Shown piece after piece: positions 1 through 10,117 of a DNA stretch of 20,000 bases. This DNA is from Chiloscyllium plagiosum. Lineage: Eukaryota. Position 1 is the first letter of the stretch, and every line of letters begins with the position of its first letter. The stretch spans positions 101,607,179-101,627,178 of the forward strand of contig NC_057718.1 of assembly GCF_004010195.1 (NCBI RefSeq), read 5' to 3'. The translations under genes and the position numbers were made by a program. The notes below the pieces were generated by a model. The model worked only from the letters and a program-made list of their open reading frames with translations, was not told the origin of the DNA and made no database searches.

Positions 1-410
1 ATAAATACAATTAGACAGCACTTTGTTAATGTGGTGTGTTCCTGCAGTTTTAATTAGTACTGATGGAAAAAATGAGAAACATTTGTCACAGATAATATTT
101 AATAGATCACTGTAATTAAAACAAATGAAAAGCAATGCTAAATTTGTTTTCCCCTCAAGCATATGAAATACTGGATAAAAATTGTTTTTTTTCCCCAGCT
201 GATCTATAATTAGTCGTGTATTTGCATTTCTTGCTTAATGAACTGTATTTTACTTTGAAATAATTTGAGATGGATAAAATATAATCATCTAATTGACCAG
301 ATCTGGCGGCCATTTTAATACAATTCATCTACCAGTTAGACCAACCTCACAAACAGTTACCTAGAGATATCCTCCCATTACATTAACCATTTAGCCAGCC
401 CTATCTCTGC

Positions 411-633
411 AGGAGAACATGAGGACTGCAGATGCTGGAGATCAAAGTCGAGAGTGTGGCACTGGAAAAGCACAGCGGATCAGGCAGCACCCGAGGAGCA
501 GGAGAGTCGATGTTTCGAGCATAAGCCCTTCATCAGGAATGAGCCTGATTAAGGACTTATGCCTGAAACATCGATTCTCCTACTCCTCAGATGCTATCTA
601 ACCTGCTGTACTTTTCTAGCGCCACACTCTCGA
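411..633. mobile_element. Non-autonomous palindromic element derived from a Penelope-like terminal repeat
   Basis: Arms 448-537 and 544-633 are imperfect reverse complements around a 6-nt loop (aatgag). The left end (aggagaacatgaggactgcagatgctggagatc) matches the termini at 12015 and, reverse-complemented, at 15015-15051. Confidence 0.8.
506..540 (-). ncRNA. Minimal hammerhead-ribozyme-like motif (PLE-associated)
   Basis: Minus strand reads AUUC-CUGAUGA-A-GGGC-UUAU-GCUC-GAAAC-AUC-GAC: intact core boxes, 4-bp helix II, and helix III reduced to ACAU (presumably from palindromic ACGU). Activity untested. Confidence 0.5.
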
Positions 634-941
634 GCCCTAACTCTGCAGCCTCCTCCAGCCAAGTGACCCTCCACAAACTCTGCCCTTCCCGCTCCAATTC
701 TGAATGGGACTCGATGGGACACAGGATAGAGGCAGGAGAGGTTTGGTTCAGCTGTAGGTGGCTACTGTCCAGAACTTGCTTTATTCCTCCACATAACTAT
801 TCCTACATGGCTCCCTCAAAATTCCTAACCGATGCCAACTTTTGAACATTTTTGCATTGTGTCTCTCTGTGCAACATCCCTGCCCCTCCACCCCCATCCC
901 ACCCAACCTTTCCCTGGTCCCAGACAGAGTGGAAACTGTGC

Positions 942-1037
942 AAACTACTGCCGATGTTGGAAATCTGAAATAAAAAGAGAGCAAGCTGGAAACAGTCAGC
1001 AGGTCTGGCAGAACCTGTGGAGACAGAGAGAGAAACA
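942..1037. repeat. Degenerate single arm of the palindromic PLE-derived family
   Basis: gatgttggaaatctgaaataaaaagagagcaagctggaaacagtcagcaggtctggcag resembles arms at 7685, 9440 and 11693. Confidence 0.6.
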
Positions 1038-1154
1038 TGGCCGACATTCTGAATCCCATATACCTCTCATTTCCCAATTAAAGTTCAAAACTTTGTATTC
1101 TTTTTAGTTCACTGGGCCAGAATTAATTGCCTGTCCATAGCTTTTTTTGTAATC

Positions 1155-1400
1155 TGTCCGGGATGTCCACACAGCTAGTAGGTCAGCATTTATTGTTCAC
1201 TTGAGGAAGTGCTGGTGAACTGCCTTTTTGAACCGCTACAGTCCAAGTGCTGTTAGGGAGCAAGTTCCACGATTCTGACCCAGCGATGCTGAAGGAGTGG
1301 CGGTATATTTCCAAATGAGGATGGCGAGTGGCTTGGAGGGGAACTTACATGCATTTGCTTCTCTTTCCTTCCAAATGGCAGAGATTGTGGGTGTGAAAGG
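1155..1400 (-). mobile_element. 3' end of an old LINE (CR1/L2-group)
   Basis: Reverse complement carries ctccctaacagcact...gcggttcaaaaaggcagttcaccagcac...aataaatgctgacc; a related copy lies on + at about 10545-10690. Confidence 0.55.
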
Positions 1401-1404
1401 TTGT

Positions 1405-1620
1405 TCACCCAGAGAGTGGTGAGCCTGCAGAATTCACTCCCACAGAATGTGATTGAGGTCAAAACATTGCATGGTTTCAAGAAGGAGGTAGATATAGCTG
1501 TTGTGGTTAAAGGGATCAGGGAATATGAGGGAGGAGGCTGGGATTCGGTGATTGAGCCATGATCATATTGAATGATGGAGCAGGGTCAAGGGCTGAATGG
1601 CCTATTTATTGTGTTTCTAC
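1405..1620 (+). mobile_element. CR1/HER1-type LINE 3' fragment
   Basis: gagagtggtgagcctgcagaattc...ttcaagaaggaggtagat...gggctgaatggcct tail shared with many copies in the window. Confidence 0.75.
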
Positions 1621-2449
1621 AAGCCCGTTCTGCCCCAACTGGTGAGGACCAGTTCTACCCCTTAAAGGTGAACTATGATCCAAACTATAAGGAATTTTTA
1701 TTATGAAAAGAAACACACACACAACAGCTTTCACTTCTACCCACTTCCTCCCCTACCCACACCAGAAAGAAATAAAGTGGATTGTTCCGGTTGTTAATTG
1801 TCTAGCATGGTAATACAAGGCACACCATTGGATGTTTGTTACAGAATACTGACATTTCTCAAGAGACTGATAACATCTTATGGAGTCAGTGATTGTTTTC
1901 AATTGGTCTGGGGTAATATAATGATTTACAACTAAAACTCCAAGCTTGGATTAATTTTAGTTAATATGGTTAAATATGCTCTTTTGAGTTCTATCAGATC
2001 ATAATTCATTTTCGTCTTAACCCATTAACCCCACTCCACATCCGCTCTCTTTTAGTATCAAGTGTTTTTTAAAGCAGAAATGTTATTAACAAACCTCGAA
2101 ATTAATGGTAATATTAGAATGATCACTCAATGGACTGCTGTATGTTAATGATACATAACCTTGTTCTGACTCCAGCAGTCGGGTGCAATCATCTTATTAT
2201 TTAAGTATTTAAACCATGCAAAACAAGTAGAAGGTCCTCAGGGTCTCATTAAGTTAATGGCAATACGTTGGAAGCTGACATAGTCTAATCATTACAGAAT
2301 TTCTTTACTGTAAGTACAACCACAGTCATATAAAAATAATGCCTTGGAATTGGCATGAGGTTTCGATGGTTAAATGAGTTTATCTGACACTTTCGATGGT
2401 CAGATGGATTTTCCTCACAAATCCGTTACTAGCTGAACCTTGAATGCGG

Positions 2450-2725
2450 TCATAACTATAAACATACAAACTAGGAACAACGGAGCCTAATCGGGCCCTT
2501 GTCTTTGCTCTGCCTTACTGTGACATCAAGGCTGGTCTGATTTCTCCACATTCCCATTGACTCCCCACCCCCTCAAAGAACTCTCAGCCCCTTGATTATC
2601 AAGAATCTATCCATTTCTGTCTTAAAAAATGTTCAGAGTCATCTTTCACTGTCTTTTGAGGAAGAGAGGTCCAAATACTGTCATCTCTGTTTTAAATGGG
2701 TGACCCTGGTTTCAGATTCTCCCAC
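2450..2725 (-). mobile_element. Degraded CR1 3' fragment
   Basis: Begins cataactataaacatacaaactaggaac and includes ccccttgattatcaagaatctatc; reverse complement of the CR1 tail. Confidence 0.55.
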
Positions 2726-2734
2726 CAAATCAAA

Positions 2735-3051
2735 TCATAGAATCCCTACTGTGTGGGAGCAGGCCATTTGGCCCTTCGAGTCCACACCGACCCACCCGAA
2801 GAGCATCTCAGCTAGACCCACTAACCCCACGCTCCGCCCTCCCCCCACCCCGAGTCTATTCCTTTAACCCTGCATATCCCATGGCTAATCCACCTAGTCT
2901 GCACATCTCTGGACCTTATGAGCAACTTAACATGGCCAATCCACCCTAACCTGCACATCTTTGAACTGTGAGAGCAAACCCACCCAGACTCAGGGAGAAT
3001 GTGCAAAATGTGCTTGAATCAAACCTGGGTCCCTGGTGCTGTGAAGCAGCA
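2735..3051 (-). mobile_element. HE1-type V-SINE, 5' end clipped
   Basis: Minus strand has B-box region (ccagggacccaggtttgattc), central ttgcacattctccc motif and a CR1-like tail; homologous to 4197-4530. Confidence 0.8.
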
Positions 3052-3054
3052 CAG

Positions 3055-3596
3055 ACTCAGAGTCATAGAGATGTACAGCACGGAAACAGACCCTTCGGTC
3101 CAACTCGTCCATGCCAACCAAATATCTGAAACTAATCTAGTCTCATTTGCCAGCATTTGGCCTATATCCCTCTGAACCCTTCCTGTTCATATACCCATCC
3201 AGATGCCTTTCAAATGTTGTCATTGTGGCAGCTCATTCCATACACAGATCACCCTCTGTGTGAAAACGTTGCCCCTTACATCCCTTTTAAATCTTTTCCC
3301 TCTCACCTCAAACCTATGCCCTCTAGTTTTGGACTCCCTACCCTGGGGAAAAGACCTGGTGTATTCACCCTATCCGTGTCCCTCATGATTTTATAAACCT
3401 CTGTAAGGTCACCCCTCAGCCTCCGACACTTCAGGGGAAAAAGCCCCACTATTCAGCCTCTCCCGATAGCTCAAATCCTCCAACCCTGGCAACATCCTTG
3501 TAAATCTTTTCTGAACCCTTTTCACAATATCTTTCCTATAGCAGGGAGACCATAATTGAATGTAGTATTCCAAAAGTGGCCTAACCAACGTCCTGT
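3055..3596 (-). mobile_element. CR1/HER1 LINE 3' end with post-RT C-terminal coding remnant
   Basis: ORF 3409-3627(-) contains RTLVRPLLEYYIQLWSPCYRKDIVKRVQKRFTRMLPGLEDLSYRERLN, typical CR1 ORF2 C-terminus; tail repeat ctatgact. Confidence 0.9.
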
Positions 3597-4196
3597 TTTT
3601 CTGCAGAGGAGTCTCAGCTACAACCACTCATAGAATTGACAGTAAATAGTATAGATTTTCAGCATTTTTGCCTTGTATGTACCCCTGTGGAATCCCTCTG
3701 AGCCTCGGTGTAGTTATCACAGTCAGAGAATACAGGGAGGCGAGTTAAATCTCTGTTTTTAGCTCATTCAGCAGACAGGAACAGCGCATAAACCTCAAGA
3801 ATAATGGGTGGAAATTTTTTTTCTACCATTTATACACCTCAAACAATCAATTCTCAAGCTAGTTTCCAAACAAATCCATTTTAATAGTTGAAAATTAATG
3901 TGACCCCAGGCATGAACTAAAATATTAAAGTGCATAATAAAATTCAAAATATAGTGCAGCATATAAATATGAACATCTGTGATTTTAAAGGATATTCTAA
4001 AAATTTTGTTGTTTTATGTACTGACTAGTCCATTACTTCATCTGACCCACTCTATTTTCATTGTTCTTGGCGAGGAAGCAGGTTCTAAGTGCATGGTGAG
4101 GGTCATCAGGGGTCAAATGTCAGAGCCCAGGTTGGTTTGCAGCAGGTGAGTCATGTGACTGAGCTCAGCTGCAGAGGAATCACCGCTGGGTTCACC

Positions 4197-4530
4197 AGAG
4201 AAGTACAAATGAAGCCATTTGGCCCATCGAGTTGGCACTGACTCTCCAAAGAGTATCCCACTCAGACCCAGGCCAAGCCCAGCTCCATATCCCTGTAACT
4301 TCACATTTCCCATGGCTAACCCACACATCCTTGGACACTATAGGCAATTTCCCATGGCCAATCCACCTTAATCTGGACTGTGGGAGGAAACCAGAGCACC
4401 CAGAGGAAACCCACGCAGACACGGGGAGAATGTGCAAAGTCCACACAGACAGTCGCCTGAGGCTGGAATCGAACCTGGGTCCCTGGTGCTGTGAGGCAGC
4501 AGTGCTAACCACTGAGCCACTGTGCTGCTC
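4197..4530 (-). mobile_element. Full-length HE1-type V-SINE
   Basis: Minus strand: tRNA-like head GTGGCTCAGTGG (A box) and GGTTCGATTCC (B box), V-domain gtgggtttcctctgggtgctctggtttcctcccacagtcca, and a CR1-like tail. Confidence 0.9.
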
Positions 4531-5059
4531 AAATGGTTCATGGTTTGGGCAAGGCTCCAAGATGAACAGGAGCCCAATCCCTGCGAAGAGAGACTGACAG
4601 GTGAGAGTAGGACAAGAGCACGGCCTGGATTTCAGTAGGGTGCACTGTCAGAGGATGGGAGGGGGTGTGGATTGGGAGTCACAACCCTATTTGCCCTTTC
4701 TCCACCTCTAACTGGATTTGCAAAGCACCGTTTGGAAACCACCACCTTCAACCTTTCAAGAAAGGTGCCTTGCAGAGTCTTAAGACTGGTGCTGCTGTTG
4801 GTATATACTTTAGAGACTAGCAATGGGGGAACTGTGGAGGTGTTGCAATCAAACCTCAAGCAATATGTCCAATCAGGGCAACTGTAGACCAGTACATTTT
4901 GATTTTGCTTCTTTCTCAGACAGAACGGTGCTGATGAACTCGTGTTGACTAGATGTGTGTTCCCATGGCCTAGAAGACTTAGTGGCAATCTCATCAAGCG
5001 ATTAAAATTCTCCAGGGGTTTGTCAGGCAACAACTCCTGGGCAGATGTTTCATCCTCAA

Positions 5060-5135
5060 CCAAACATGCAGAGAAACCTGGCAGGTCAGGCAGCCTCTGT
5101 GGAGAGAGAGGAAACGGAGTTAACCTTTCTTCCTG
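5060..5135. repeat. Degenerate arm of the PLE-derived palindromic family
   Basis: gcaggtcaggcagcctctgtggagagagaggaaacggagttaac matches the arm motif at 7715-7757. Confidence 0.5.
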
Positions 5136-6839
5136 ACATTTCTTTCTGCCTGGAGAATCTGTCTCAGTTTCGAGATAAGGGAGCTGAGATAAACAGCAGT
5201 TTCTTCCCTCAGGAGTTTGGACCTTTCCAACTCTCTCCCCCCAGGGGTGCTGATTTTCAAGACTGACGTTAATGGACCTTTGTGTACTTGGGTGTGGGAA
5301 CAGTGCAGGAAGGTAGCTGAGGTATAAGATCAGCCAATTTTCTGTTTGATTCCTCTCCAAATGATATGACAGAATTAAGCTTCACACTGTAAGTAGGAAG
5401 CTACATTTCACTATTGCCAGTCTGTTATAGTTTAACAGTGTGAGCATATGCACCATATGTCATATTGCACTCATTATTGGGGATGAAGTCAGACGAGCAA
5501 TTTTTCACTCTTGTCTAATGCTCATACCCTGGTTTTAATCTACCGTGTAATTAATAATTGAAAACCGAGGAGATTGGTAGCTGGTGGATATATTAAAATG
5601 GGATAATCAGCCTTTTATTCCTCCTGTAAGACAGTGGAGAAACAACAGCTTCTCTTTGACAAGTTTCCCGTTGACAGAAGTGTTTTGTTTCTCACTGCTG
5701 GGAACCCTGACAATGTGACCCTGGAGTGAACTGCACTCCTGAAGAAGATCACTTTGATGAGTTCATGCTAATGAGTATTTTTGGGTATCAGTATTAAGCA
5801 ATCACTGTTGTCTGTAGCCTCGGTTCACACAAACTGAACTTGTGCTAGTGACACCTTTCTCATAGCTGCTCTTGATTGACTCCTTTGGAAGTAACAGATC
5901 GGATGTGAAATTACATATTAAATATTAATAGTGTTGCTGTGGGCTTAATACATTCCTTGTTTCTTCGTCGAATTTGCATGTACATTGCCTCTTCTTTCAT
6001 TTTATCATTCATCATTCGACCACATACATTCATCTTGCTCCACCCTGTCTCTGGATTGCTGAATACAGGATTATCTCTGTTGTGTCAGCTCCCCTTCACT
6101 GTAAAGTATGGAAAATGAGACCCTTTCAATATTCTGAACATGCATCACTTGTATCTCCCTTCAAGACAGTGGCAAGGAAGACAAATGGTGGCTGTGCCCA
6201 CTAAGTCTGTACTTGCTGAGAAACACTGAACAACCTCATTCCACTGTTTCTGTGGAGCTCATTTCATTCTTGAGTTTATCATTTGTCACAGCTCACACCC
6301 CAAGTTGCGAGTCGGAGCAGAAATAAATATTCTGAAGGATGGATGCCTACAGGACTCACTTCAACTAATTCCTGTATCTGTTGTAATCCCCACAGACTCT
6401 ACAGTGTTTGACTGAGCTGGGGCTGATTATCTGATTATTAGTTTATTTTGTTTAACTAGGGAATATTATTTGCTGTCAGAACCAAAAATAAAATGAAGCT
6501 GTGTCTGATTAATGATATCAGGTGACACGATTATTTGAGCTGGAGATCTGTCTCGGAATATTTCAAATGAGGTTGTTCTGCAGCTCTACAATGCTTAAGA
6601 CTGAATAAAAATACAGGGAAGCTCATAAATCTGTTGTAAAAGGAAATTTAAAATTGTGTGTTTCTTAGTGATGTATTATGTTCAAGGTTTTGGTGTGCCA
6701 GAGTATTTGCGTATACTATTTGCATTACAGAACTTACTAGTAATTATTTATAATTTATCCAGAGGATCGCTTTTTTGCCTCTGGGTAATCTGTTGTAATC
6801 CTCAGTGAATGAAACCAATGGGGAACAGAGCGGGGTGCT

Positions 6840-7085
6840 TACAACATAGAAACAGACCATTCCACTGAACAAACCCATTAACGTTCCATATGAGCTTCCT
6901 CTAACACTTCACTGTCTAACCCGAGCAACATATCTGTTCTATTCATTTCTCCTTTATTTGTTTGTCATGGTTTATCTTCAATGCATCTCGATGCCCGTGA
7001 AGTAAAGAGTACCACATTTGGACTATTATCAAGTTTCCTCTTGATTTCTAATCCCCTTCGCGATCATTTGTTTATGTCTGTTTCC
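6840..7085 (-). mobile_element. Highly degraded CR1 3' fragment
   Basis: acatagaaacagaccattc start and gagtaccacatt motif weakly match the reverse CR1 tail. Confidence 0.4.
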
Positions 7086-7134
7086 AGCCTCTCTTCTCAG
7101 AGCTTCTTGACGTGAGGAGGGGATTGACCACAAG

Positions 7135-7363
7135 AACAGCCCGTGCAAGAGCCTGTGGATTCTTTAAATGTGGGGGGACTGTAGCTAATGGCTGGTGGTG
7201 GGTGATGAGGAAGGGATTGTCCTGCTCTTCTGTGTTGGAAAGATCTTGATAGTCAACCTGTTTGGCCATGTGATGAACATACCTTGCTTGACCATCAAGA
7301 CCTGGAGTGAGACTTGAATCCAAATCTCCTGGCTCAGAGGCAGGGACACTAGCACTGTGCCAC
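7135..7363 (-). mobile_element. tRNA-derived SINE (non-HE1 family)
   Basis: Minus strand gtggcacagtgctagtgtccctgcctctgagccaggagatttggattcaagtc has A/B-box-like motifs; similar head at 15147. Confidence 0.6.
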
Positions 7364-7684
7364 AAAAGCTCTCCCCTTTCCATCCATTGCCATCCTTATT
7401 GCCATCAGCACTTTTCCTTCCCATTTCTACCTCAGTCTTGCTGTCAGCAAACCAGACCAGAGCCCAACTCTCCTCAAAGCTTGTCCTAAAAGCAGTGATT
7501 CTTTTTACTCGATAAATCACAGGCAGGAAGTTATGTGTTGATCCACAAGTCTGCGAAGAATTTAACTTATCCAAAGCAGTGAAGATTTTGCATAAAATGT
7601 AAAGATGATGCAATGTGTTACTGATGGATAATTTAACAAATGTTGACCTATCTATTTCCGACAGAGCATCTCAAAGTATGCAAC

Positions 7685-7888
7685 AAACAAAAAACAGAAA
7701 TTGCTGGAAAAGCTCAGCAGCTCCGGCAACATCTATGAAGAGAAATCAGAGTTAACATTTTGGGTCCAATGACCCTTCCTCAGAAACGTTCTGAGGAAGG
7801 GTCACCCAACCCAAAACATTAACTCTGATTTCTGTCCACAGATACTGCCAGACCTGCAAAGCTTTTCCAGCAACTTCTGTTTTTGTTT
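7685..7888. mobile_element. Palindromic PLE-derived non-autonomous element (second subfamily)
   Basis: About 100-bp arms; perfect central 16-bp stem tgacccttcctcagaa (7770-7785) / ttctgaggaagggtca (7789-7804) with loop acg. Confidence 0.85.
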
Positions 7889-7974
7889 CCGATTTACAAT
7901 GTTTTTAGTTTTTATCTCTAAGTATGTTATAACTTTCCTGAATCCCATCCGACAACTGACTTCATATAGCAGAA

Positions 7975-8185
7975 AGGTTTATGAAATTGGTCAATTGTAA
8001 ATCCCCCTTCTAACGTCTGTAAAACACAGGCAAATCAATGGCCATGATACGGTCAACTTGCCAACCAATCATCATGCTTTTCTCCTGCAGTGTAAATTGT
8101 TGCGATTGGTTGAAATTTGGCATTCTTATATGTGTCCTGATGAATGTGAGATGAGAAGGTTAAGCAACATGTCTGTCTTTCCATG
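7975..8185 (+). repeat. Degenerate repeat, possibly another PLE terminal family
   Basis: ccaatc...gaaatttggcattctt...gtcctgatgaatgtgagatgagaag; contains CTGATGA at 8137-8143. Family assignment from recall only. Confidence 0.35.
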
Positions 8186-8209
8186 TTATGTCTAAGTCAC
8201 TTCCTTTCC

Positions 8210-8510
8210 CAATCTTGGAATCCCAGCGTGATACCGTGTGGAAAGTGGCCACTTGGCCCATTCTGCCTGTGCTGGCTCTTTGAAAATGCTATCCAATTAA
8301 TTTAAGAGAGCGAAGAAGAGAACAAAGAAAATTTACAGCCCAGCAACAGGCCCTTCGGCCCTCCAAGCCTGAGCCAATCCAAATCTACTGTCTAAACCTG
8401 TCGCCCAATTCCTAAGCATCTGTAAATGTCTGCTCCCCACCTAAAAGATCATAGCCCTGTTTTTTCCCTCATTCATCTATGTATCCAATTCCCTTTATGA
8501 AAATGACATT
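8210..8510 (-). mobile_element. Old CR1 tail interrupted by a younger CR1 tail (about 8315-8443)
   Basis: Two reverse tail motifs: ggccacttggccc at about 8248 and aacaggcccttcggccc at about 8345. Confidence 0.6.
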
Positions 8511-8543
8511 GACAAACATTAAGTCTGGTGTATTTACTTCCAG

Positions 8544-8625
8544 GTTGATCGGATTATCTTCTGCGTTTTCTTGGAAAGCGACCATAAGATTTACAAGGAG
8601 AAGATGCTTCACCATTTTCCGATAG
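8544..8625 (+). CDS. MACROD2: Internal coding exon (82 nt, phase 0 to phase 1) of a MACROD1/MACROD2-family ADP-ribose glycohydrolase; C-terminal end of the macrodomain
   Basis: Acceptor tatttacttccAG ends at 8543; donor GTATGT starts at 8626. Translates VDRIIFCVFLESDHKIYKEKMLHHFPI, matching the last strand/helix of MacroD-type domains. Closer to MACROD2 as I recall it (VDRIIFCVFLE..IYKKKM), but HHFP resembles MACROD1, so the paralog is uncertain. Too short for the ORF track. Confidence 0.85.
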
Positions 8626-8651
8626 GTATGTTACCAGAACACATTATTTAA

Positions 8652-8860
8652 CCTCCGCCACAGCAAGTGGTTGAACCCAAAACATTAAATGTCTTCAAGA
8701 AAGAGTTGGATAAAGGTCTTAGGGCTCAAGGAATCAAAGGGTATGGGGAGAAACCAGGAACAAGGGACGGACGTGGATGATCAGCCATGATCATATTGAA
8801 TTGGGCAACAGGCCCAAAGGGCCGAATGGCCTACTGCTGTTCCTATTTCCAATGTTTCAA
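8652..8860 (+). mobile_element. CR1 3' fragment
   Basis: ttcaagaaagagttggat...gatcagccatgatcatattgaa...gggccgaatggcctact. Confidence 0.8.
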
Positions 8861-9266
8861 CATGCAGTGTGAAAACGACTGCTGGGTGCTGGATTCTTGC
8901 TAGTAATTAGTTTGCATGAAACAATAATGGAGGGAGGATAACAGAAATTACATGAGGATCATCTATCCCTCCAGATTAGAATCTAAGATTCCTTATTTTA
9001 GTCACCATCATGAACCTTTGAGCAGAGCAAAAGAAAGATTACATGTTTGATGTCCCAGGATATGTTTCCATCTCCATCTGCATAAATCAGCAACCGAACA
9101 AAGCAATGGAACAACCAAGGTAATAAGCCAGCAAGGATCTCGCTATCCCTTCTAACCCCATAGTCACGTAACAAACAATGAGCAATATTTTACAGATCCA
9201 ACCAGAAAGTTATTTATTTTCCTCCTCCTCCTCCATCTCCCCAGGTGTCAGTAGCTCAGCAACCTA

Positions 9267-9430
9267 TATCCAAGGCTGAGGTAGAGAGATTTTTAATCCG
9301 GAAGGGGATCAAAGGTTATGGGGAAAGGCAGGAAAGTGGAGTTGCGGATTGTCAGATCAGCCATGGTCTCAAGTAATGGCACAGCAGGTGCGGTGGGCTG
9401 AATGGCCTTCTTCTGCTCCTAACCTGATGG
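9267..9430 (+). mobile_element. CR1 3' fragment
   Basis: caaggctgaggtagagagattttt...gatcagccatg...gggctgaatggccttcttctgctcct. Confidence 0.8.
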
Positions 9431-9439
9431 GGTGGAGAC

Positions 9440-9740
9440 AAAAATAACACATTGCGGATGCTGAGAATCTGAAATAGAAACAGAAATTATTGGAAGTACT
9501 CAGCACGTTCAGGCAACATCTTCAGAGAAAGCAACAGCGTTAATATTTCAGTTCGATTACATCTCTTTGGAAATGGCAAACGTTGGTGATGGATCAGGTT
9601 GTAAGGAAGTGCAGAGATGAGGAAAAGGAGGAGGGGAAAGAAGAACTAAAGGAATGGACTGTGGTAGGGTGGGGGAGGGGGAGGGTGTGGGGCCAGTATT
9701 CAATGACAGGAGGGGATGATGGGTAAAGGCTAATGGAGAT
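9440..9740. repeat. Degenerate PLE-terminus arm followed by a purine-rich tract
   Basis: ttgcggatgctgagaatctgaaatagaaacagaaattattggaagtactcagca matches other arms; the G/A-rich tail resembles that at 12130-12350. Confidence 0.5.
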
Positions 9741-10117
9741 GGCAATGAGAGGAGTGAAGTCACCAGTGGCTGGTCCCGATGGATAGAGGGATGCAGCTAC
9801 CAATCTTCTTCCTTATGACTGAATCGGAGGATTGAATTGGTTTCCAGTAGTTGAGAATCAACCACTATCGAGTCTTAACAAGAAGAGATTTTTGTCTGAT
9901 CGAGATATAGCTCATTACAAGTCAGTACAAGCTTCATTGGATTGTTGGAGTTCCAATGACAATGAGGAGATGTGTGTGGAGAGAACTCTGCTCTACATAC
10001 CATCCTGAAATGGAATGTCTTATCCCATCCAAGCCACAATGACATCATCAGATTGAATGGGGCTTAATACATTCTGCCTTTCAGAATCTTTATGTTCAAC
10101 ATCTCTCTCAACAACAT

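Noticed and set aside
185..212. Strong-looking splice acceptor (ttttttttttccccag)
   Set aside because: Stops follow quickly (tga, taa) and there is no macrodomain similarity or matching donor.
4455..4530. tRNA gene-like A/B boxes (also 7310-7363, 15147-15200, 15896-15962)
   Set aside because: They are SINE heads continuing into SINE bodies, not stand-alone tRNA genes.
4192..4597. Overlapping 121-122 aa ORFs
   Set aside because: Translations of an HE1 SINE; the same peptide (LSVW.LHILPVSAWVS) recurs at 15831-16055.
4632..5360. Longest ORF in the track (242 aa, minus)
   Set aside because: Non-ATG start, no recognisable domain, crosses a repeat arm, and lies antisense within an intron; likely chance.
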